From Minisyncoccia bacterium (GTDB lineage Bacteria; Patescibacteriota; Minisyncoccia; SW-4-49-11), in NCBI GenBank assembly GCA_044341565.1, contig JBIIRM010000002.1, positions 1,812 to 65,811 on the forward strand: a DNA stretch of 64,000 nt, given 5' to 3'. A program made the translations under genes and the position numbers. This document shows, in pieces, positions 20,003 to 29,095 of the stretch (within the stretch, counting starts at the first letter, position 1; each line of letters opens with the position of its first letter). Under the pieces are notes generated by a model. That model made no database searches, was not told the origin of the DNA, and saw only the letters and a program-made list of their open reading frames with translations.

Positions 20003-20284
20003 ATGCAATATGTAAAACTTATTGTGTCAGGGCGAGTGCAAATGGTGAGATTTCGAGTCTTTGTAGTCAGTATCGCAAAAAAACTCAATATTATAGGTAC
20101 AGTAGAAAATCTTCCAGATGGGACGGTTCAAATTGAAGCCTGGGGGGAGTCAAAACAATTACAAGAGCTGATTAAGAGAGTTCATAAAGGATCTACTCTT
20201 TCACGCGTTGACAATGTGGCTGAGTTTTGGGATAATAAAGAGTATATTGTAGTCAGTTCACGAGAGTTTAGAATAATACACTGA
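20003..20284 (+). CDS. acyP: Acylphosphatase
   Basis: VSGRVQMVRFRVFV...GTVENLPDGTVQIEAWG matches the acylphosphatase VxGxVQGVxFR / NxxDGxVE signatures. Confidence 0.7.
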   Translation: MQYVKLIVSGRVQMVRFRVFVVSIAKKLNIIGTVENLPDGTVQIEAWGESKQLQELIKRVHKGSTLSRVDNVAEFWDNKEYIVVSSREFRIIH

Positions 20285-20287
20285 AAT

Positions 20288-20740
20288 ATGCAGATACTTT
20301 TAAATCAAGATGTCCCATCAATAGGTAAAAAAGGAGATATTATCACCATATCAGAAGGGTATGGACGAAATTTCTTATTGCGTAAAAGATTGGGTATAAT
20401 ACCAACAGCTCAAGATATTGCTCGCAAAAACTCTCAAGTCAAGCAGTCAGAAGCAAATGAAAAAGCTCATCTAGAAGCTCTAAATAATCTCAAAAGCAAA
20501 TTAGAGAATTATTCATTAACTTTCATTGCCAAGACCAATTCAGAAGGACATTTGTTTGGGGCTATTAAAGAAAGTGATATTGTCTTAAAACTTAATACTG
20601 AATTTGGAGAATTATTCGAAAAGCAAATGATTCATATTGCAAGTCCCATTAAAGCAATAGGAAAATATACTATTGATATTCATCTCACCCACATTATAAA
20701 AACTAAGCTAGAACTGTATGTCAATTCGGAAAACGAGTAA
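20288..20740 (+). CDS. rplI: 50S ribosomal protein L9
   Basis: MQILLNQDVPSIGKKGDIITISEGYGRNFLL is the canonical bL9 N-domain. Confidence 0.8.
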   Translation: MQILLNQDVPSIGKKGDIITISEGYGRNFLLRKRLGIIPTAQDIARKNSQVKQSEANEKAHLEALNNLKSKLENYSLTFIAKTNSEGHLFGAIKESDIVLKLNTEFGELFEKQMIHIASPIKAIGKYTIDIHLTHIIKTKLELYVNSENE

Positions 20741-22376
20741 AGCAAAAAAATCAAATCCTAAATATATTTTTGTAGTTGGGGGTGTAATGTCAGGAGTGGG
20801 TAAGGGGATTACCACCTCATCAATGGCTTTAATTCTCCAATCTCGTGGCTTCAATGTGACAGCTGTCAAAATTGATCCTTATGTCAATGTAGATGCGGGG
20901 ACTATGAATCCATTGGAGCATGGGGAGACTTTTGTACTTGCTGATGGCCTTGAATGTGATCAGGATATGGGGAATTATGAGAGATTTCTTGATACTAAAT
21001 TGACACGAACTAATTATATGACTACAGGTTCTGTGTATCAATCAGTGATAGAGCAGGAGCGGGCACTTAAATTTGAAGGAAAATGTGTAAGTGTAGTGCC
21101 ACATATCCCGAATGAGGTAACAAGTCGCATTAAACAAGCTCAGAAAACACATGATGCCGATATTACTATTATTGAAATTGGAGGGACCGCAGGTGAATAT
21201 GAGAATTTATTATTCTTAGAATCAGCGAGATTACTTAAATTAGAAAACCCACAAGATGTATTATTTGTATTGGTAAGTTATCTTCCTATTCCAAGTAAAA
21301 TTGGTGAGATGAAAACGAAACCAACTCAGCATGCCTCAAGACTACTTAATAGTGCTGGGATACAAGCAGATATGATTGTAGCTCGTTCTAGTCACCCCCT
21401 TGATGATATACGAAAACAAAAATTATCTATTATGTGTAATGTCTCAGCAGATGATGTTATCTCAGCTCCTGATGTAGATAGTATTTATCATGTGCCAATT
21501 AATTTTGAATATGATAATCTTTCAACCAAATTATTAAAAAAATTAGATTTACGACCTCGTAAAAGAGATTTGAAAGAATGGACTAGCTTTACCCAAAAAA
21601 TTGATACTGCAAATAAGGAAATTAAAATTGGTATTGTAGGGAAATATTTTAATAGTGGAAATTTTGTATTAAGTGATGCCTATATATCAGTAATTGAGGC
21701 AATTAAGCATGCGAGTTTTTCTTCTCGCCTCAAGCCAGTAATTGATTGGATAGATAGCTCTGAATTTGAAAATGATTCTAAAAAAGTTTCAAGACTCAAA
21801 CAATATGATGGAATTATTATTCCAGGAGGATTTGGTGAGCGAGGAGTAGAGGGAAAATTAAAAGCGATACAATATGCCCGTGAGAATAAAATCCCATATT
21901 TGGGACTATGTTATGGTATGCAACTCGCCGTAGTAGAATTTGCTCGTAATGTGGCTAAGATTAAAGGTGCTCATACAGCAGAAATAGATCCTAAAACTCC
22001 AAATCTAGTAATTGATATTATGGAGGGGCAGGATACTAATTTGGAACAAGAAGCAATGGGAGCAACTATGAGATTAGGAGAATATCTTTGTGATATAACC
22101 CCTAAAACTCTTACACGTAAATTATATAATACTGCTCAAGTTCAGGAGAGACATCGTCATCGCTATGAAGTAAATAATCAATATCGGGAAGAATTAGAAA
22201 AAGCTGGACTTACTATTGCAGGAGTTAATACAGAGAATAATTTAGTAGAAATTATTGAACTTGCCAGTCACCCATTCTTTATAGGGACACAATTTCATCC
22301 TGAACTTATTTCTCATCCTCTTGACCCACATCCATTATTCAAGGGTTTTGTAAAAGCTTGTCAAAAAAGTAAATAG
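20718..22376 (+). CDS. pyrG: CTP synthase
   Basis: KYIFVVGGVMSGVGKGI N-terminus. Glutamine amidotransferase domain (GLCYGMQ, HRHRYEVN). It overlaps the rplI 3' end by 23 nt. Confidence 0.9.
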   Translation: MSIRKTSKAKKSNPKYIFVVGGVMSGVGKGITTSSMALILQSRGFNVTAVKIDPYVNVDAGTMNPLEHGETFVLADGLECDQDMGNYERFLDTKLTRTNYMTTGSVYQSVIEQERALKFEGKCVSVVPHIPNEVTSRIKQAQKTHDADITIIEIGGTAGEYENLLFLESARLLKLENPQDVLFVLVSYLPIPSKIGEMKTKPTQHASRLLNSAGIQADMIVARSSHPLDDIRKQKLSIMCNVSADDVISAPDVDSIYHVPINFEYDNLSTKLLKKLDLRPRKRDLKEWTSFTQKIDTANKEIKIGIVGKYFNSGNFVLSDAYISVIEAIKHASFSSRLKPVIDWIDSSEFENDSKKVSRLKQYDGIIIPGGFGERGVEGKLKAIQYARENKIPYLGLCYGMQLAVVEFARNVAKIKGAHTAEIDPKTPNLVIDIMEGQDTNLEQEAMGATMRLGEYLCDITPKTLTRKLYNTAQVQERHRHRYEVNNQYREELEKAGLTIAGVNTENNLVEIIELASHPFFIGTQFHPELISHPLDPHPLFKGFVKACQKSK

Positions 22377-22381
22377 ACATA

Positions 22382-22410
22382 TTGACAATTATTGATTCAT
22401 ATGCTATTAT
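22382..22410 (+). promoter_or_regulatory. Sigma-70-type promoter, TTGACA-N17-(atgc)TATTAT, upstream of rpsP
   Basis: ttgacaattattgattcatatgctattat. It has the same architecture, including the atgcTA extended -10 region, as promoters at 44759, 45200, 46328 and 47947. Confidence 0.45.
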
Positions 22411-22447
22411 ATTTATAAGAATTGTATAAATTATCATATTTTAACTT

Positions 22448-22729
22448 ATGTTACGAATTCGATTGTCCCGAGTAGGGAAGAAAAATACTCCTATTTATAA
22501 AGTGGTTGTTGCAGAAAAAAGCCGTCCTGTAAAAGGAAAATTTATTGAATCTCTTGGGGTATATAATCCAGGGAATAAAGATCAAGCTCTTAATGCAGAA
22601 CGAATTAAGTATTGGATTTCAGTTGGAGCTCAGCCTTCACAAACAGTACATAATCTTTTGATACGACATAATATCATAGAAGCTACAAAAATCCCTGTAA
22701 CACGATTCAAAGCTAGTGAGTCAAAATAA
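22448..22729 (+). CDS. rpsP: 30S ribosomal protein S16
   Basis: MLRIRLSRVGKKNTPIYKVVVAEKSRP matches the bS16 N-terminus. Confidence 0.85.
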   Translation: MLRIRLSRVGKKNTPIYKVVVAEKSRPVKGKFIESLGVYNPGNKDQALNAERIKYWISVGAQPSQTVHNLLIRHNIIEATKIPVTRFKASESK

Positions 22730-22737
22730 ATTTATAT

Positions 22738-22787
22738 ATAGATTTTACTAATCAGGAGTAAAAAGGGTTCGATTCCCTCAAATCTAC
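22738..22787 (+). other. tRNA-like minihelix (acceptor stem plus T-arm only, ~49 nt). A tRNA 3'-half remnant or a tRNA-like processing element.
   Basis: tagattt-ta-ctaatcaggagtaaa-aagggTTCGATTccctc-aaatcta-c. The perfect GGTTCGATTCC T-loop consensus is flanked by a 7-bp acceptor helix (tagattt/aaatcta). There is no D-arm or anticodon arm and no CCA. Confidence 0.35.
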
Positions 22788-22891
22788 ATTTTTTAGAGAA
22801 AATTACATTGCTGTTTGCATATCTTATTTTATATTACAGGCAGAATAGCTATAGATAATCTCAAAGAAAATAATAATATTAATCGCATTAT

Positions 22892-24658
22892 ATGCAATCA
22901 AAACGACCGTACAATAATAATTTACAGAATAAGAATAACCGTTCTCGATCTCAAGGAAAAAGTTTTGCTCAAAAAAGAACTATTCCTGAAACCTCACGCC
23001 AAGCTCTCAAGATAATTCCTTTGGGAGGCCTTGATGGTGTTGGCAAGAATATGTATATATTTGAACAAGAGAATGATATTCTGATTGTCGATATGGGGCT
23101 TCAAATGCCCGGTGCTAATCAACCAGGAATTGATTATATTATCCCCAATACACAATATTTGATGGATAATAGCTCCAAAATAAAGGGAGTAGTATTAACT
23201 TCACCACATCCCGATCATATTGGGGCTGTTCCATATCTTTTACATTTATTCCCTAATTTGCATATTTATGCAACCGAGGCTTTATTTGCAATATTGGAGT
23301 CTAGGCAAGATTTTTATTCTCAAGGGGTAAAATACAAAAAACATATTATTAAACCCTATAATTCTATACGAGTAGGATCCTTTAAAGTGAATGTTTTCCC
23401 AACTCCATTTAATGTTATGGGTTCAATAGGATTATGTGTGTATACTATGCAAGGAAAGGTATTTTATCTCTCTAGCTATAAATTGGATAGTGAATCTACA
23501 GAAAAAAATGAATTTCTCGATTATATAAAGGAATTAGCTGGAGCTGATACATTTGCTCTTTTATCAGGTAGTTCAGCTACAGAATCACAGGGATTTGCAC
23601 CGACAGAAGCATCTATTGCAGAACATATTGATTCGGTTATAGCTCGCAAGACAGGTGCTGTATTTGTGTCTACATTCCCCTCTATGATTGGGCGCATGCA
23701 ACAAATTGTCAATGCAATAGAAGCTCATAACAAGCATTTATTCATTGAAGGAAAAAGTTTACTTAATACTTTTAATACATGTCGCAAAAAGGGGCTTATT
23801 CAAATAAAATCAGGTACTATAGTAGGGCCTAGTTTACTCGGGGATACTCCAAGAGAGCAATTAGTAGTATTAATATCTGGTTCTCATGGAGATGATATTC
23901 CTCATTTGATGAGACTGGCTAATAATGAGCATAGTGTATTCTCAATTAAAGAAGGGGATATTGTTATGTATCCTGGGGCTTTAATTCCTGGAAATGCCCG
24001 TTCAGCAGCTCGAGTAAATGATAATTTTGCTAAATTAGGAGCTTTTGTAGAATATTATCAGCCATTAGATACACGATTTGGGGCTTATGGAAGACATGAA
24101 GATAGTCTAGCTGTATTAAAAGCAATTCGTCCTAAATATTATGTACCTATTAGTGGATCACATCATTTGTTGAGGTCTAATGGAGATATTGCCATTGAAG
24201 GTGGGTATCCAGATCGCAATGTTGTAGTTGGTATGAATGGAAAAGTTATTCTATTTGATTATAAACAAAGACGTATTACTCCGGAAAAAGTTCCTACTTC
24301 CAATGTAATTGTAGATGGGCTTGGAGTTGGTGATTTAACCAATGTAGTTATACATGATAGGCAAACAATGTCAGAAGAGGGTATATTCCATATTGTAGCC
24401 CTACTGAATGCAGATACTCGAGAAATATCAGGAGATATTGTGGTAGTATCAAAAGGATTTGTAGATAATGAATCTTCAGATAAATTATTTAATGAAGTAA
24501 AAGAACAAACAAGATTAATTGTATTAGCTCTTTTGAAACAATCTGATGAAGTAAATATTGCCTATATACAAGATCAAGTAAGAGAGAATATTGGTCGCTT
24601 ATTACTTACGAAAACGGAAAGAAGACCAATGATTTTACCAATAATAATGAATATTTAA
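22892..24658 (+). CDS. rnj: Ribonuclease J (metallo-beta-lactamase / beta-CASP), paralog 1
   Basis: MBL motif TSPHPDHIG and the beta-CASP plus C-terminal domain architecture. 588 aa. Confidence 0.85.
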   Translation: MQSKRPYNNNLQNKNNRSRSQGKSFAQKRTIPETSRQALKIIPLGGLDGVGKNMYIFEQENDILIVDMGLQMPGANQPGIDYIIPNTQYLMDNSSKIKGVVLTSPHPDHIGAVPYLLHLFPNLHIYATEALFAILESRQDFYSQGVKYKKHIIKPYNSIRVGSFKVNVFPTPFNVMGSIGLCVYTMQGKVFYLSSYKLDSESTEKNEFLDYIKELAGADTFALLSGSSATESQGFAPTEASIAEHIDSVIARKTGAVFVSTFPSMIGRMQQIVNAIEAHNKHLFIEGKSLLNTFNTCRKKGLIQIKSGTIVGPSLLGDTPREQLVVLISGSHGDDIPHLMRLANNEHSVFSIKEGDIVMYPGALIPGNARSAARVNDNFAKLGAFVEYYQPLDTRFGAYGRHEDSLAVLKAIRPKYYVPISGSHHLLRSNGDIAIEGGYPDRNVVVGMNGKVILFDYKQRRITPEKVPTSNVIVDGLGVGDLTNVVIHDRQTMSEEGIFHIVALLNADTREISGDIVVVSKGFVDNESSDKLFNEVKEQTRLIVLALLKQSDEVNIAYIQDQVRENIGRLLLTKTERRPMILPIIMNI

Positions 24659-24659
24659 T

Positions 24660-26435
24660 ATGAAATCGTATCAACACTCTGAAATTAAGAGAGGAACAAC
24701 TTTTGTGACAGATTTAAGTCATAAAAGTAATGACTATCTTAATGCAAAAGAACCATTTAAGACTAAAGATAATCTTTTGAAAATTATTCCACTGGGTGGA
24801 TCAGAAGAAATTGGAGGTCGTAATATGACGGTAATAGAATATGGAAAAGATATTCTCGTCATTGATATTGGGATGAAATTCCCAGAAGAAGATCAACCAG
24901 GAGTTGATTATATTATCCCCAATCCCAGTTATCTTAAGGGGAAAGAGGATAATATTCGAGCTGTACTAATTACGCATGGACATATGGATCATATTGGAGG
25001 AGTATCTCAGGTTATGTCTATGATTGGTAATCCTCCTATATATGCACCTGCCCTACCTCTTGCTATGATGCAAAGACGACAAAGTGAATTCACTACCGTG
25101 CCTCCATTAAATGGAAAAGTAGCTAAATTAAATGAAAAGCTTAAATTTGGAGTATTTACTGTAACCTTTCTTCATATTAATCACAGTATTCCAGATTCAA
25201 CTATGATTAAGATTGAAACTCCAGAAGGAGTTATTCTGCATACGGGAGATTTCAAAATAGATGCTACTCCTATTGGAGAAGAGCCAGCTAATTTGGAAAT
25301 GTATCGCAAAATTGGTGATGAGGGAGTATTGGTATTATTATCTGATAGTACTAGTGCTTCTCGTCCCGGAAGAGTAACTTCTGAGATGACAATTCAAAAT
25401 AATATTGATCATATTTTTGAGAATGCTACCGGTAAAATTATTGTTACTACATTTTCTAGTACACTCAATCGTATACAACAAATGATTCATTTATCTGAAA
25501 AATATAATCGTAAAGTTGTAATTGAAGGATTTAGTATGAAAACGAATGTTCAAATTCTCCATGAAATTGGATATGCACATTTTTCTCCTCAAACTGTTAT
25601 TAGTGCACAAGAGGCTCGTAATATTCCTCCAGAAAACCTTACTATTATTTGTACAGGAGCTCAGGGAGATGAACGCTCAGCCCTAACCCGTATGGCTAAT
25701 CGTGAGCATCGGAATTTCCATATTGAAAAGGGAGATACCGTAGTATTCTCATCTTCTGTAGTTCCAGGTAATGAGGAGTCAGTACAAAAGGTGAAAGATG
25801 CTATTGCTCGCCAAAGAGCTCATATTATTCATTATAAAATGATGGAAGTTCATGTTTCCGGACATGCACAAAGAGATGATTTAAAACAATTATTAGATTT
25901 AATTCGTCCTAAATATTTACAGCCAATTTATGGAGATTTTTATTCTCTCAAATCTCATCGTGATTTAGCTCTAGAAGTTGGTATGAAAAAAGATAATATC
26001 TTACTTACTGATAATGGAAGAATTATAGAAATATATAAGGGTGAAGCCCGTGTAACTACTGAGAAAGTTAATGCTAGCACTATGATGGTGGATGGACTCG
26101 GAGTAGGGGATTTAAAAGAAATTGTAATCCGAGATAGACAATCTTTGGCTCAAGATGGTATTGTAACGGTAGTAGCTTTAGTTGATTTCAAAAAGGGAAA
26201 GCTTATTCGTGAACCAGAAATTATTTCTAAGGGATTTGTACATATACAAACATCTACCAAATTAATACAATCTATACAAGCTCGAGTACAAGAGCATATT
26301 GAGAAGAAATTGTCTCATGGAGAAGATCAAAGTATTGAATATATTCAACAATCAATTCGTGAAGATTTAGGTCTATTCTTATTCAGAACTACCCATAGAA
26401 GACCAATGATTATACCGGTTATTATTGAAATATAA
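24660..26435 (+). CDS. rnj: Ribonuclease J, paralog 2
   Basis: ITHGHMDHIGG MBL motif and HVSGHA motif. It is collinear with paralog 1, and the C-termini are similar (RRPMI(L/I)P(I/V)I). Confidence 0.85.
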   Translation: MKSYQHSEIKRGTTFVTDLSHKSNDYLNAKEPFKTKDNLLKIIPLGGSEEIGGRNMTVIEYGKDILVIDIGMKFPEEDQPGVDYIIPNPSYLKGKEDNIRAVLITHGHMDHIGGVSQVMSMIGNPPIYAPALPLAMMQRRQSEFTTVPPLNGKVAKLNEKLKFGVFTVTFLHINHSIPDSTMIKIETPEGVILHTGDFKIDATPIGEEPANLEMYRKIGDEGVLVLLSDSTSASRPGRVTSEMTIQNNIDHIFENATGKIIVTTFSSTLNRIQQMIHLSEKYNRKVVIEGFSMKTNVQILHEIGYAHFSPQTVISAQEARNIPPENLTIICTGAQGDERSALTRMANREHRNFHIEKGDTVVFSSSVVPGNEESVQKVKDAIARQRAHIIHYKMMEVHVSGHAQRDDLKQLLDLIRPKYLQPIYGDFYSLKSHRDLALEVGMKKDNILLTDNGRIIEIYKGEARVTTEKVNASTMMVDGLGVGDLKEIVIRDRQSLAQDGIVTVVALVDFKKGKLIREPEIISKGFVHIQTSTKLIQSIQARVQEHIEKKLSHGEDQSIEYIQQSIREDLGLFLFRTTHRRPMIIPVIIEI

Positions 26436-26438
26436 TAC

Positions 26439-27158
26439 ATGAGCCCGATTCATAATAGTTTCGCGTATCTGATTAAACAAATAGATTTACCTGATACTGA
26501 TAGATTGGGAGTATTTTATACCAAGGAGTATGGAAAACAAACCTTATTATTAAAGGGAATCAAAAAATCTACATCAAAATTACAATATCGATTATATGAT
26601 TGGGGAAAATCAGATATTGAATTTATTGTGGGAAGAAATATATCCAGGCTTATTGCCATTAGGGATATTGATTCACATACGGATATATATAAAAGTATAG
26701 AAGGGGCTGCCCTTATGGGACTTATATTTGAATTATTAGATCAATTAACAGATGATAATCATAGGGATATTGGGGTATTTGAATGTATAGAAGACTATAT
26801 TGATTTAGTTAGACATCATTATACGAAACCTCAATTATTAGTAGGGTGGCTATTAATACGATTATTATATATGCTTGGATATGGAATGAATTTATCTCAT
26901 TGTGTTATTACAGGTAATACTAAGGCTAAAGATTTTGGTATTAGTGTGAGGTCGGGAGGGCTTGTAATATCCCAGTTAGCTGCAGATATAGATGATTATA
27001 TTGAAGTGAATACCGAATTGATTTATACTTTGCGTCAATGGCAAAAAGGTATTTGGTTAGAAATTGAAGATTTTCCTTGGAGTATTGTTCAATATCATTT
27101 ACAATGGTATAAACTTAAAAGTAATTCTTTAGCTATAATTCGTAAAAGTGTGATATAA
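26439..27158 (+). CDS. recO: DNA repair protein RecO (a variant lacking the Zn site)
   Basis: N-terminal OB-fold pattern SFAYLIKQIDLPDTDRLGVFYTKEYGK and LLGYGMNLSHC resemble RecO. Only a single Cys is present where the C4 Zn motif normally sits. Confidence 0.55.
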   Translation: MSPIHNSFAYLIKQIDLPDTDRLGVFYTKEYGKQTLLLKGIKKSTSKLQYRLYDWGKSDIEFIVGRNISRLIAIRDIDSHTDIYKSIEGAALMGLIFELLDQLTDDNHRDIGVFECIEDYIDLVRHHYTKPQLLVGWLLIRLLYMLGYGMNLSHCVITGNTKAKDFGISVRSGGLVISQLAADIDDYIEVNTELIYTLRQWQKGIWLEIEDFPWSIVQYHLQWYKLKSNSLAIIRKSVI

Positions 27159-27183
27159 TAAATTATATATTGCTAAAAATACT

Positions 27184-29088
27184 ATGGCATTAAAAGATAT
27201 AGAAAAACAAATTTATCAAAAAGAAGATCGTGAAGTCTTAGATCAGGAGCGTACGCAGCATACACCATATAGTGTATATGCTAAACATGATGAGGCTCAG
27301 GCTCCATCACTGACTTCTTTTGAGACTGCAGATCAAACATTTGTTCAAAAACATAAGAAGAAAATTACTTTATGGAGCTTGATTGCTTTAACAGTATTTG
27401 TGGTAATAGGAATAGCTGGTTTTATATATGCCCTTAATCAGCAAAGATTTTCTGATAAAAGAGTAGTATTAGAGGTAAAGGGAGAATCTCAAGTAAGTGC
27501 CGGTGAAGAGCTTAGCTATACACTTACATATCGTAATGATAACCTTGTAGCTTTAGAGAATGCTGAGATTACGGTGGAATTACCAAAGGCCCTAACAGAT
27601 TCTTCCCTGAATATTCTTGGACAAGAAAAATCAGAAATACGTGAATATTCCTTAGGAGAATTAGCTCCACGTTCCAAAGGAGAAATCACCATAAAAGGAC
27701 GATTAATAGGGGAACAGGGAAATATACAGACTATTAAAGCAACATTAAATTATAAACCAAGTATTTTAAGCTCAAGTTTTGATACTAAAACTGAATTTGC
27801 AACTACCATAGCAGATAGCCCTGTCATTATTGATATACAATCTCCTCTCGAAAGTGTAAGTGGGGATACAGTTAATTATGTAGTAACGGTTAATAATAAG
27901 GGATCAAGTGATTTAAAGGATTTAGAATTGCGTTTAGAATATCCTGATACTTTTGCTTTTGTTTCGTCTAATATACCAGCTACGGGAAATGAGCAAAATA
28001 CCTTTACTATATCCAACTTAAAAGCAAAAGGAGCTTTTAGCGTAACTGTTAGCGGTAATCTTGGAGGTACTGATCAAGAAATTAAAATTCTAAAAGCCCA
28101 AATTGGAGAAAATAAACAAGGAGCATTTACTTTGTATGCAAGTAGTCAGAATTCAACTAAATTAGGCTCTCCTTATGTGAGTGTGGTACAAAAAGTAAGC
28201 CCTGCCTCAGGAATAGTGTCGGCAGGTGAAACTCTAGAGTATACTGTCAGTATTCGAAATAATACGCAAGTGAGAATAGGGGAGGGATTATTAAAAGTCA
28301 AACTGGATAGTAATTTATTGGACATAACTAAATTAAGAGCTTTAGGAGCTGATTTTGATGCGGGTAGTAATACCATTATTTGGCGAGCCAATGCATTACC
28401 TCAACTTAAGACATTTGCCCCAAATGAAGAGGGGACGGTTACTTTTTCTGTACCAGTAAAGCGTATTATTCCTATTGATGATTTTCAAGATATTAATTAT
28501 GTTATTAAAACACAGGCTACATTTGAAAGTGATGAAGTTCCTACAACTCTTGGAGTTAATAAAATTATTCAAGGGAATGCTAGTGAAGTAAAATTAGCTA
28601 CACGTCTTATTTCAAAATCAAATATATATTATAAAAATTCAGCAAGTTCTATTATTAATAATGGCCCTATTCCATTGAAATTAGCTCAAACTACAACATT
28701 TACGGTGAATTGGGAAATACAAAATTTGAGTAATGATGTCTCTGGTGTAGTATTAAAGGCTACATTACCAGCTAATGTTACTTGGACGGGACAGAGTACA
28801 AATAATGGTATTGGAAAATTAAGTTATAATGATAAAACCAAAGAAATTGTTTGGGATATTGGTAATGTACCCGCTAATACAGGATTATTAAGGCCTCTTT
28901 ATAGAGCGGTATTCCAGATTGCAATTAATCCTACTCCAAATCAATTAGGACAAGAGCCAAGTTTATTGAGTAAAGTAAATTATACGGGAAAAGATGTATT
29001 TACAGGAATTGATTTGTCTGGTAACATAGATATTCCAACTAGTAATCAAGTTACTGATGTAAAAGGTCAGCTTACTGTAGAGAATTAA
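27184..29088 (+). CDS. Membrane-anchored surface protein with repeated Ig-like (DUF11-like) domains
   Basis: A transmembrane helix lies at ~aa 62-84 (LIALTVFVVIGIAGFIYAL). Repeated ~100-aa modules carry G(E/D)xLxYTxxxxN patterns. Confidence 0.4.
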   Translation: MALKDIEKQIYQKEDREVLDQERTQHTPYSVYAKHDEAQAPSLTSFETADQTFVQKHKKKITLWSLIALTVFVVIGIAGFIYALNQQRFSDKRVVLEVKGESQVSAGEELSYTLTYRNDNLVALENAEITVELPKALTDSSLNILGQEKSEIREYSLGELAPRSKGEITIKGRLIGEQGNIQTIKATLNYKPSILSSSFDTKTEFATTIADSPVIIDIQSPLESVSGDTVNYVVTVNNKGSSDLKDLELRLEYPDTFAFVSSNIPATGNEQNTFTISNLKAKGAFSVTVSGNLGGTDQEIKILKAQIGENKQGAFTLYASSQNSTKLGSPYVSVVQKVSPASGIVSAGETLEYTVSIRNNTQVRIGEGLLKVKLDSNLLDITKLRALGADFDAGSNTIIWRANALPQLKTFAPNEEGTVTFSVPVKRIIPIDDFQDINYVIKTQATFESDEVPTTLGVNKIIQGNASEVKLATRLISKSNIYYKNSASSIINNGPIPLKLAQTTTFTVNWEIQNLSNDVSGVVLKATLPANVTWTGQSTNNGIGKLSYNDKTKEIVWDIGNVPANTGLLRPLYRAVFQIAINPTPNQLGQEPSLLSKVNYTGKDVFTGIDLSGNIDIPTSNQVTDVKGQLTVEN

Positions 29089-29095
29089 ACAGTTT

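Noticed and set aside
22738-22787. Calling the GGTTCGATTCC-containing element a complete tRNA gene
   Set aside because: Only an acceptor helix and T-arm (~49 nt) can be drawn. No D-arm or anticodon arm exists in the preceding 80 nt, so it is reported as a tRNA-like fragment instead.
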